Source: a virus | Lineage: Duplodnaviria; Caudoviricetes | Length of the DNA: 56,660 bases | IMG/VR virus record: IMGVR_UViG_3300020396_000007 | Coordinates: 1 to 56,660 of that record | Direction: 5' to 3' (one strand) | In this document: positions 38,649-46,361 of the stretch, one piece after another | Numbering within the stretch: the stretch's first letter is position 1 | Layout: every line of letters begins with the position of its first letter | Notes under the pieces: generated by a model | What the model was told of the DNA's origin: nothing | Seen by the model: the letters and a program-made list of their open reading frames with translations, nothing else | The model's database searches: none | Translations under genes and position numbers: made by a program

Positions 38649-39151
38649 TACTTGTACCTAGAGTTGGAGCCGCCATCCACGATAGTCATGCAGTACGGCT
38701 TATTGCCTTGCGTACGTTCGTGTAAAAGGTTGGACATATTTGCTTGGTATAGTTGAAGAGAAACCATAGCCTTATCGCTGCCCTGCTGGATAAAGTAATG
38801 AGCCGTTAGCCCATCAATCATTATCATGTCAGGGATAGCGCGGCTTTCTGTAATGTCGTTATAGTAATCAATATCAGTCCCATCATAATACGGGTGCTGG
38901 CGCACGTCCTCTATTACGCGGTTCGCAAGCTCAATCATTAACATCATAACCTCGCCATCCACACGAGATGGAGAGAAGTTACCCGCCCGTACAAGAGCGG
39001 AACGAATGTGATTTTCCAACGGGGTATATTTTTCTTTACCCGCAGCAAAAGGCTTCGTTGTGCTTTTTTCTGTACGAGCCGTAGTGGTCGCGGTGGTCGC
39101 GGTAGTTGTACTGTATTTATGCGAACTAGCTGGAACCTGATGATAAGACAT
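38648..39151 (-). CDS. Putative head-tail adaptor (167 aa)
   Basis: Helical protein between capsid and nozzle genes; TAATG coupling on both sides. Confidence 0.55.
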   Translation of the reverse strand: MSYHQVPASSHKYSTTTATTATTTARTEKSTTKPFAAGKEKYTPLENHIRSALVRAGNFSPSRVDGEVMMLMIELANRVIEDVRQHPYYDGTDIDYYNDITESRAIPDMIMIDGLTAHYFIQQGSDKAMVSLQLYQANMSNLLHERTQGNKPYCMTIVDGGSNSRYK

Positions 39152-39498
39152 TAATCATCCTCTGCGCTTATTATACGGCCTGTAAAGTAATGGTGATGCA
39201 TCATTGCTGCTTCTTTAAGGTCGGTGGGAACCTGCCATGTCACGTACTGACGCGTACCGTCCCAAACACCCATCACACGATTATCGGCCAAGCGAAGATC
39301 GAACACTGCGTTCTCTGGTTCTGCCGAAACAAACACAGAAAAAGACGGGGCTGCTTTTGGAGCCTTCTTTTGAACTGCTTTTTTCGCAGCGGTTTCCGAT
39401 ACGGCGACAGTTTCCGATACGTAAGCCTCATTTTCTGGGGTGCTAGGATCGTCAGCTACAAAGTGTCCGTCTTGTGTGCGTGCGCGTTTACGTGCCAT
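39151..39498 (-). CDS. Hypothetical post-capsid protein (115 aa)
   Basis: RAR..DG.F.ADDPSTPENEA N-terminal motif; AGGAG SD. Confidence 0.8.
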   Translation of the reverse strand: MARKRARTQDGHFVADDPSTPENEAYVSETVAVSETAAKKAVQKKAPKAAPSFSVFVSAEPENAVFDLRLADNRVMGVWDGTRQYVTWQVPTDLKEAAMMHHHYFTGRIISAEDD

Positions 39499-39562
39499 TA
39501 AGTTTCTCCTGAGAAATTGTCTTTCTTTTATGTGCGTTATTTGCGGTACAGTCGTCCTAAAT

Positions 39563-39591
39563 AAAAAAGGCCGCGCTACGAGCGCGGCCTT
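39563..39591 (-). terminator. Intrinsic terminator after the capsid gene
   Basis: AGGCCGCGCT-CGT-AGCGCGGCCT followed by a T run. Confidence 0.9.
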
Positions 39592-39619
39592 AGTTCACTG
39601 GATGTAGCTAGAGGGAGGA

Positions 39620-40786
39620 TTAAGCTACTGCGTTCCAGTTTTTAATGTAGTGATGCGTCTTGTCTTGAAGCAATTCCAAGCCCGCTTCGGTGAGGTACTC
39701 GTGCTTAACTTGGTCAGCATCTGGTGCCTGACGATCACGTAGAAGCTGCGTATCGCGACCTTCTAAGTAACGGTACTTGAGGTGTGGGAAATCGACGATT
39801 ATCGCCGCGTTGTCCATCCCTGGCACTTGACGGAATTGTGGGTGCAAATGCACCATCAAGTCGCCAGCAAAAGTTGCGTACCTAGTCAAATTGACCCCAT
39901 ACGTTCCTTCTACCACCGTAGGCTGCCAACGGTCTTTGCCGAACTTCTGAAGGTGTCCAGCGACTTTAGCGCCACAGAACATAATCTTTTGGTTCGAACC
40001 GAAAGCAAACACATCCTCAATCAAAGCACGATCAAACGTATCTTCGTTCATCACGTTTGAAGATGATGATCGGTCATTCACGTTAGTAATCGTGTTGATC
40101 AAGCCACCCGTGTAACGAGTAGGTTGCGCTGTAGCAGCATTTTGCTCAGTTTTCTTGCCGAAGAAGAACGCTCTTTCGAGATCCTGCATGTGCAGTTTCA
40201 AGGCTTTAGTAGCCATTTCGTCTTCTTTGTCACCAGTACGAAGGTTTGTGGCCTTCAAGGTATTGGTTACACTAAAGGCCGTACGAAAGATCTGAGTGAA
40301 ATTCGTAGCAACCGTGGCATCAAAACTTATGCCCGTAGGAGCAGACGCCCCTTCAGCATATGCTGTACCTGCTATAAACAGCTTATCAGCACTTGTGATA
40401 ACCGCACCAGCAGCAGCGCCAATACCCCGCTCAACAGTTAGAGCAGTTGATGTACTGTCTGCCGTACACCGCATTACTTCGTTAGTAGCTGAGTTTACAA
40501 CCAACGTACCTGCTACTGCAAATAGACCGTCACCGTTGTCGGTAATGGCGATTGACGTAGCTGAGTTTGTTTGGTTTCCGTCTGCAACTAATGAGCGTGC
40601 GGGTAATTCGTCGCGAAAATTTTTAAATTCACTGTCATCAGTGGCTTCCGAGGAAGTCATTGCCAACAATGCATTTAGCGGTGCATTTCCGTTTGGTTCA
40701 AGGAGACTAAAAAGCTCCCTGTAATTCTTGGGGCGAAAGTCCGAGTTGAACTGTCCTGTGCCCCGCAATCCTGCAATACCAGCCAT
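39620..40786 (-). CDS. Major capsid protein (DUF5309 / SU10-type HK97 fold)
   Basis: NFTQIFR, K.H..DLERAFFFG, RYTGG motifs; strong AAGGAG SD; bracketed by terminators. Confidence 0.88.
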   Translation of the reverse strand: MAGIAGLRGTGQFNSDFRPKNYRELFSLLEPNGNAPLNALLAMTSSEATDDSEFKNFRDELPARSLVADGNQTNSATSIAITDNGDGLFAVAGTLVVNSATNEVMRCTADSTSTALTVERGIGAAAGAVITSADKLFIAGTAYAEGASAPTGISFDATVATNFTQIFRTAFSVTNTLKATNLRTGDKEDEMATKALKLHMQDLERAFFFGKKTEQNAATAQPTRYTGGLINTITNVNDRSSSSNVMNEDTFDRALIEDVFAFGSNQKIMFCGAKVAGHLQKFGKDRWQPTVVEGTYGVNLTRYATFAGDLMVHLHPQFRQVPGMDNAAIIVDFPHLKYRYLEGRDTQLLRDRQAPDADQVKHEYLTEAGLELLQDKTHHYIKNWNAVA

Positions 40787-40957
40787 GTGATATTACTCCT
40801 TCCTAAAAGGTTATGTTACGTTATGTGCGAGGTACTCAAGTAAACTGCGGTACAATCACGCAAGTTACTATCGTCCCATATCAATGTACGAGGGCCGTAG
40901 CGCTCAATCGACATGTACAGTATTGTTTATAAATGAGGTGCGTGTCGTCCCATATGT

Positions 40958-40981
40958 AAAAAAAATCGGCCCGAAGGCCGA
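40958..40981 (-). terminator. Intrinsic terminator after the scaffold gene
   Basis: TCGGCC-TTCG-GGCCGA (cUUCGg tetraloop) plus T8. Confidence 0.9.
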
Positions 40982-40986
40982 CTTTC

Positions 40987-41970
40987 TTAACCCATGCGCT
41001 TATTCATAGCGCCTTGTGCAAGTCGTGCTAGGGTATCGTCACCCGATTGAGCAGCCTGTTGGCTTGTCGGGCCGCCTGACTGGTTCTTCAAATACGCTTC
41101 GCGGCGAGACGCCATCTCACGTAACCTGTCGAACTCAGGCGTATTCATTTGGTTTTTAAAGTCATTGACGACTTTACCCGTCAGAGACTGATCAACAAAA
41201 TCTTCGGCTGTGTACCCGCGTTCCATTGCGTACGCACGGAAATCATCAAGCGCGTCATCAGGCAAACCCGCTGACTTTTGTGCTTGATCTAAGTTGTTGC
41301 GTATCGACTGAGTAATGGCCTCTTCGCGACTATTCATTGCTTCGTCACGAGATGCAGTTGCACCCTTTCCAGCCATCTGTGCTTGCTGAAGGACTTGTTG
41401 CATCATCTGCATCTGCTGCCCCATCGCTTGCTCCATACGGCCCATACGATCAATGTTATCACGATAGCCAGGTGGTAAGCTAATAGCGTTCTCATCTTCG
41501 TACTTCTGGAACTCTGCACTAAGCTGGTTTACGTTAGTTTTCGTTTTGGTCTGAGGTTGAGCGACACCCTTCTGAGCAGGGCGGTCTTGCCCTAACTTGG
41601 TGTTCTTACTCATAGCCTTCAATGCAGCAGTCATTAGCTTTGCGGTATCTTCCGCATTGCGTCCTGTCTTTTCCATGATCATACCCGCTAGATCATTGAC
41701 GGGCTTCATCTGACCTTGCTTATAATTTAGGTCTTTATATCTCTCGTAAGTACCAGAAATCTGTGAAGGAGAAAGCTGACGTTCCTTCCCCGAAATGCTT
41801 ACATTATAAAGCAACGGTTCGGCTTTTTGCTTGTCGCCTTCTGTCTCTGGTGACGCCGCTTCTATCGCCTTCTCTTGCGTAGTTGTGGGCGCTTCTCTTG
41901 GCTCTGGCGCTGGACCCCCCATTTGTTTTTGTGCAATACGGGCAACCTGATCTTCCATTGGATTAGCCAT
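40987..41970 (-). CDS. Capsid scaffolding protein
   Basis: Gln/Ala/Glu-rich helical protein directly before the capsid gene; AAAGGA SD before 41970. Confidence 0.7.
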   Translation of the reverse strand: MANPMEDQVARIAQKQMGGPAPEPREAPTTTQEKAIEAASPETEGDKQKAEPLLYNVSISGKERQLSPSQISGTYERYKDLNYKQGQMKPVNDLAGMIMEKTGRNAEDTAKLMTAALKAMSKNTKLGQDRPAQKGVAQPQTKTKTNVNQLSAEFQKYEDENAISLPPGYRDNIDRMGRMEQAMGQQMQMMQQVLQQAQMAGKGATASRDEAMNSREEAITQSIRNNLDQAQKSAGLPDDALDDFRAYAMERGYTAEDFVDQSLTGKVVNDFKNQMNTPEFDRLREMASRREAYLKNQSGGPTSQQAAQSGDDTLARLAQGAMNKRMG

Positions 41971-42241
41971 CTTCATTCCTTTCTGAGCGGCCTTGGCGGC
42001 TCAATTCAAGTGAAAGCTCACCCTCTAACTTTTGGATGAGCCTCTCAGGCAGATTAAGCATTTGCTCTGCTGCCCATATAGCGCCCCTTTGAAAGTCCAT
42101 TCGCTGCTGCGTCATTTCCTGACTGCGTGCCATACTTAAAGCAAGTTGCAGTATTTCACCCTGCATGACCTTGTTTACGTGTGACCAACCATTACTTTCG
42201 GCTAGGGCTATTATGTCTTTGATCGTGTTATTAACTGTCAT
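41963..42241 (-). CDS. Hypothetical protein (92 aa)
   Basis: Short helical protein (GW..V, RG.I) in the usual pre-scaffold position. Confidence 0.75.
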   Translation of the reverse strand: MTVNNTIKDIIALAESNGWSHVNKVMQGEILQLALSMARSQEMTQQRMDFQRGAIWAAEQMLNLPERLIQKLEGELSLELSRQGRSERNEDG

Positions 42242-42254
42242 AGTGAATGTGTTT

Positions 42255-42353
42255 CTACTTTTTCACCTTCAAACCTGAAGGCTTTTTTGTGATCGGGGCT
42301 TTACCCGCATTGACTGGTGAGCAACCTTTTTTCTTTAGTGCTGACTTTGCCAT
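42255..42353 (-). CDS. 32-aa Lys-rich peptide (not in ORF track)
   Basis: MAKSALKKKGCSPVNAGKAPITKKPSGLKVKK; TAATG coupling. Confidence 0.65.
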   Translation of the reverse strand: MAKSALKKKGCSPVNAGKAPITKKPSGLKVKK

Positions 42354-42556
42354 TACTTTTTCCCTTTCCATGAGATCCGCTTAGAGCTTGTTTTCTTTTT
42401 AGATGCGCTTGTGCATTGTGCTTTGGTAGGGCGGCACGCAGGATAGGACTTACGCTTCTCACCCTTTTTGCGTCCGCAAGGTTTTCCTGTCTTGCAGTCG
42501 ATCCAACCCTTTCCATCGTTTTGAGCAAACCAAGTACGTAAGTCATTTTTTGCCAC
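42353..42556 (-). CDS. 67-aa Lys/Cys-rich protein
   Basis: LRTWF..W..CKTGKPCGR...YPACRP. Confidence 0.75.
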   Translation of the reverse strand: MAKNDLRTWFAQNDGKGWIDCKTGKPCGRKKGEKRKSYPACRPTKAQCTSASKKKTSSKRISWKGKK

Positions 42557-42701
42557 GGCTCTTGTTCCCCCAACTTTTTGCCCCCACTTTTCTGCACTTG
42601 GCTACGGCACCAGATGCGTACGCAGAAGGCCAAACCTTATAACGGGCCTTGACCTTCTTCGCACAAGCATCGAGCTTTTTCTTTTTAGCTTTCTTCGCCA
42701 C
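42543..42701 (-). CDS. 52-aa Lys-rich protein (not in ORF track)
   Basis: MAKKAKKKKLDACAKKVKARYKVWPSAYASGAVAKCRKVGAKSWGNKSRGKK. Confidence 0.75.
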   Translation of the reverse strand: MAKKAKKKKLDACAKKVKARYKVWPSAYASGAVAKCRKVGAKSWGNKSRGKK

Positions 42702-42703
42702 AA

Positions 42704-42799
42704 CTATTTACCCTGCGTACAAGGACAATCCTTGTGCTGCATGTTTCCAGTTTGCGTTTTGGACCCAAGCTTTTTGACAGCCTTCGAGGTCTTAGCCAT
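42704..42799 (-). CDS. 31-aa basic peptide (not in ORF track)
   Basis: MAKTSKAVKKLGSKTQTGNMQHKDCPCTQGK; TAATG coupling. Confidence 0.6.
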   Translation of the reverse strand: MAKTSKAVKKLGSKTQTGNMQHKDCPCTQGK

Positions 42800-42909
42800 T
42801 AGTAGCCCTTTTTCTTTTTCATAGGCTTGCCAGTTTTGACGGCTGCCTTCTTAGCTGCCTCTTTACCCTTTTTTGTGTACGGGAACTTTTTCTTTCCTAC
42901 AGTCGGCAT
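42799..42909 (-). CDS. 36-aa Lys-rich peptide (not in ORF track)
   Basis: MPTVGKKKFPYTKKGKEAAKKAAVKTGKPMKKKKGY; AGGAG SD. Confidence 0.8.
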   Translation of the reverse strand: MPTVGKKKFPYTKKGKEAAKKAAVKTGKPMKKKKGY

Positions 42910-42918
42910 AGTATTCTC

Positions 42919-43179
42919 CTAACAATTCCACGCTTTGCGTGACCAATAGTTTGCGGAAAGCTTGTTAGCTTTCCCTTTTATTCCACCGCTACGAGAGCAG
43001 TAGGATTTCTTGCGTGCTGGCTGTGACTTCTTGATTGTCATCTTGCTGTCACCAAAGCGAACGATCTTCTCTTTGCCGTTCGCACACGCCTTAACAATAG
43101 ACTTCTTCTTCGAACCCGCAGGGGCACGACGCGGCTTGTTGCATGGCATAGATTTCTTAGACGCACGCTTCGTAGCCAT
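42919..43179 (-). CDS. 86-aa Lys/Arg-rich protein
   Basis: K.VRFGD..M, RKKSYC.R, SANYWS...W; TAATG coupling. Confidence 0.8.
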   Translation of the reverse strand: MATKRASKKSMPCNKPRRAPAGSKKKSIVKACANGKEKIVRFGDSKMTIKKSQPARKKSYCSRSGGIKGKANKLSANYWSRKAWNC

Positions 43180-43847
43180 TATTGTTGACCTTCCTCAGAG
43201 AAAAAATCCACACCAGCTTTGTTCGGCTTTAGCTCCATATTACAACTAAGAATTACACGTTCTTTCGTATCCTCATGGGCCATAGTGTAGTGCGCCAGCC
43301 AAGACGGGAATATTATCATCATCCCCGCTTTCGGCTGTACATAAAAACTATCGGTATTTAATTTAGTTCCCATAGTGTTCATCGCGTAAAACGGATACAT
43401 CGGGTTCTTGAAAACAATTTTTCCTGTGCCTGGAGAAGCATCTCCATAAAAGACACAGCTAAGATGCGCGTTTGGATGTATATGCTCTGGAACGTAATGG
43501 CCTTCCCCGTATATTGTGGACCAAGAGTTTATAATCGAAAACTCTGTGTATTCTTTAGTGACCATATCTAAGTATTTAGAAGCTTGGGTTGATACCGCCT
43601 CGTGAACGAAATTGAAATCAGGGTTATCTATGAGGTTCGTAGTCGCAAAGCTTGTGAAGCCGTACTTCTTGTAGTCCTCTTGACCCTTTGCAAGCTTTGC
43701 GTCTCGCCATGCGCTTGAAACTAAGCCGCCATGATCCTCGTTATTACGAAGCTCCCGCGAAAGGTCACAAAGCTTTTCTGCAATTTCTTTGCCGTTGTCT
43801 ATGTCTTCAACCAAAAACGGACAACCGAAGGGGCTGACCATATTCAT
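43179..43847 (-). CDS. 2OG-Fe(II) oxygenase (TIGR02466-like)
   Basis: SW, HIHPNAHLSCVFY, IFPSWLAH, ERVILSCN. Confidence 0.88.
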   Translation of the reverse strand: MNMVSPFGCPFLVEDIDNGKEIAEKLCDLSRELRNNEDHGGLVSSAWRDAKLAKGQEDYKKYGFTSFATTNLIDNPDFNFVHEAVSTQASKYLDMVTKEYTEFSIINSWSTIYGEGHYVPEHIHPNAHLSCVFYGDASPGTGKIVFKNPMYPFYAMNTMGTKLNTDSFYVQPKAGMMIIFPSWLAHYTMAHEDTKERVILSCNMELKPNKAGVDFFSEEGQQ

Positions 43848-44062
43848 CCGATTGCTGCAAGTATTCGTTTGTTAAGATCGTTGACACTTTCAAAAGTTAA
43901 GATGTACCCACCGCTTTTGAACATGACTTTTGAAGTCCATTCATGCTTTAATGGTGGGTCGTTTGGGTGCTGGTGCATACGTTCAGTCATTGTGCAGACG
44001 ACTTGTTCTGCATCTAAAAAGTTTTCAAAGTCATTGACGTCAGTGTAAGGAATAAGCTTCAA
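43844..44062 (-). CDS. Hypothetical protein (72 aa)
   Basis: GGAG SD plus TTG; ATGA-coupled to the oxygenase. Confidence 0.65.
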   Translation of the reverse strand: MKLIPYTDVNDFENFLDAEQVVCTMTERMHQHPNDPPLKHEWTSKVMFKSGGYILTFESVNDLNKRILAAIG

Positions 44063-44064
44063 TT

Positions 44065-44310
44065 TTAGTCTCCGTCTACAATAGCTTGTTCTGCTGGTGA
44101 AAGTGGCATGGTTGGAATGGTATCTCCGTCCATGTCTTTTGGGAAAGACGCTGGAAGATCACGCAAAGCTGCGCGATATGTATTCAAAGCTGTTCTTTTT
44201 GAATTGAAGTCTGCCCATGATGTAGCCGCATCAAGCAGCTTCATCATGTCATTATCAGAAGCGGAAAGCTTTAGATCCCTAGTGGCCCGATATGTGTCTT
44301 CGATTGTCAT
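44065..44310 (-). CDS. Tail fibre assembly chaperone-like protein
   Basis: R..RD..L..SD and YR.ALRDLP motifs; follows the fibre gene. Confidence 0.75.
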   Translation of the reverse strand: MTIEDTYRATRDLKLSASDNDMMKLLDAATSWADFNSKRTALNTYRAALRDLPASFPKDMDGDTIPTMPLSPAEQAIVDGD

Positions 44311-44318
44311 AATAACTC

Positions 44319-46358
44319 CTATGATTGGCCGTTAATTGCAGGGTTTTCAGTGGTGTACGTGTTAGGGAAAGCCCTCTGTGTACCGCCAACATCACCCCAA
44401 ATTATTCGGACGCCACCGCAACCGCCTCGACCACCTGCCGTAGTGCTAGTGGCACTTCCACCACCGCCACCACCATGCGTCCCGCCAGATGCAGCGTAGT
44501 TCGTGCCTTCAAAGTGGCCCCGTCCCGTATATGGGTTTTCACCCCAATCGCCACGAGAGCCGCCAGAACCGCCACCACCACCGAAACGATAGCCGTGAGA
44601 GCCAATACTTGAGTAGCCGTTCGCAGCGTCAGGGTCCGATGATCCGTATTGGTATCCAAAGGCAGAGACGCCCTTACCATTACCGTCAAGACCGACGCCG
44701 CCGCCACCAGAGCCACCCCACGTTGAGGAATAATCCTGACCATTCATGGGACCGCCAGAACTGCTTCCAGCACTAGCCTGACTGCCGCCCGCACCATTAC
44801 CGCGCCAAGCACCACCAGCGCCGCCATGACCATAACTCGTTGACCAGCCAGAATAGAAAGCACCACCAGAGCCGTAGCTGTTGTTGTAAGAAGCCGCCCC
44901 AGGGTCGCTCTGCGTGTTGTTTTGCGCGTTTTGAGCGTGGGTCATCCCACCAGGAGCACTTGCAGAGTTATTTCTATTTGTACCAATCCATCCTTGCGGT
45001 GGTGTTGCGCGGTTGGAATAATGCCCGCCACCCCAGCCTATGACAAGGTACTCGCTGCCGCTTGCCCTCATCATAAAACTATCGCCACTGTACCACTGAT
45101 TATTATTTGTTACGTGATACATTGGAGTACCAATTTGGACCCAAAACTCTTCACCAGCAGTACAAGTTATCCCGTTTAGATACGCAAGACCCCCACCGCC
45201 GCCGCCTCTGTCGCTCCAATTGTAAGCACCTGGACCCCCAGCACCAACTGCTACAACTGAAAATTGTGTAATGCCAGCGGGTGCATACCATTTATAGACC
45301 TGCCCCGCTCCCTGTTGCGCAGTGCTAAAGTAGCCTTGGTAATTAGCAGCCAAGTAATTAGTGTTAGAGGTGGCATTACCAATGCCGCCCATACCCTGCG
45401 TAATGAACTGGGTTGGGTTACTGTCAGTCGGTTGCAAGCCGCCACGATAAGGCGTAGAGCTTCTGTTAGCATCTGTAATAAAATTTATTGCGCCAGAATT
45501 AGCATTTGTCCTGTGCCAATAAGAGCCGTCCTTTTTAGTTGCGTCGGCATCTGCTCGGTGGTCTCCATAAAAATATTCTCTATAGGCATTGGCAGGGCCA
45601 AAATACCGCGAGCCATATGGATCACCAGTGGATACGCTGCCACTGAAAGATTGAGTTGAAGTACCGTACTCTCCCAAGTCGGCAACAACGTCGAAGCTTA
45701 CCGTCTGTGCAGAGAGAACAGTGTTTGGCGTGTTGTCTACATAAACACGTCCCGCCGCATTTATTTTTAAAGTATAGCCCGCGTGTGGGTTTACTACGTT
45801 TGCCAAAGAGTATGAAACCCCAGCGTAGGTGGTGGTTGGGGCAACTGTTAAATACTGTGCGGCAACTGTGTTCCTAATGAACTTATTTGGAATTGCGGTG
45901 CTAGACCACGCTGTTGTGGTTCCAGAAGGAGCAATCGTGTATTTAAACTTTACTGTAAAAACACTGTCATCGTGAGGGTCGGTTATCGTGTAAGACCATT
46001 TATAGTCGCCCGCAGCAGCAGTGGGTGTTCCAGAGACAGTCACGTATCCGCTATCATCACTAGAGCCATCTACGTCGATGTTGTGACTGATGCCAGCGGG
46101 CAAAGAACCAACCAACGTAGCCGTTATTGAGGGTCTTGCATTGTCAAAACTATGATCCCAACTAAAGCTAACAGTCGGGCCAGCAACATTTATGTCGGAC
46201 ATAGCGGTTAGTTCTTGCTTGTCCTTCAGAAAATTTGACTTGATTGCAACTGATGTGCCCGTACCCTTCCAGAACACCATATTCGCACCGCTACCACCAC
46301 CGCCACCTACTGAGTAAGTGTCAGTCGTAATAGCGTAACTTCTGCGTTTTTTAGCCAT
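44319..46358 (-). CDS. Glycine-rich tail fibre / receptor-binding protein (679 aa)
   Basis: Ig-like GSLPAGI..SGTPT module; W.AP.G....VVAVGAGG and GGxGG repeats ending GGVRIIWG...R.FP. Confidence 0.8.
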   Translation of the reverse strand: MAKKRRSYAITTDTYSVGGGGGSGANMVFWKGTGTSVAIKSNFLKDKQELTAMSDINVAGPTVSFSWDHSFDNARPSITATLVGSLPAGISHNIDVDGSSDDSGYVTVSGTPTAAAGDYKWSYTITDPHDDSVFTVKFKYTIAPSGTTTAWSSTAIPNKFIRNTVAAQYLTVAPTTTYAGVSYSLANVVNPHAGYTLKINAAGRVYVDNTPNTVLSAQTVSFDVVADLGEYGTSTQSFSGSVSTGDPYGSRYFGPANAYREYFYGDHRADADATKKDGSYWHRTNANSGAINFITDANRSSTPYRGGLQPTDSNPTQFITQGMGGIGNATSNTNYLAANYQGYFSTAQQGAGQVYKWYAPAGITQFSVVAVGAGGPGAYNWSDRGGGGGGLAYLNGITCTAGEEFWVQIGTPMYHVTNNNQWYSGDSFMMRASGSEYLVIGWGGGHYSNRATPPQGWIGTNRNNSASAPGGMTHAQNAQNNTQSDPGAASYNNSYGSGGAFYSGWSTSYGHGGAGGAWRGNGAGGSQASAGSSSGGPMNGQDYSSTWGGSGGGGVGLDGNGKGVSAFGYQYGSSDPDAANGYSSIGSHGYRFGGGGGSGGSRGDWGENPYTGRGHFEGTNYAASGGTHGGGGGGSATSTTAGGRGGCGGVRIIWGDVGGTQRAFPNTYTTENPAINGQS

Positions 46359-46361
46359 TGT

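Noticed and set aside
42301-42633. 110-aa ORF from the track
   Set aside because: Overlaps three better-supported coupled basic ORFs in other frames.
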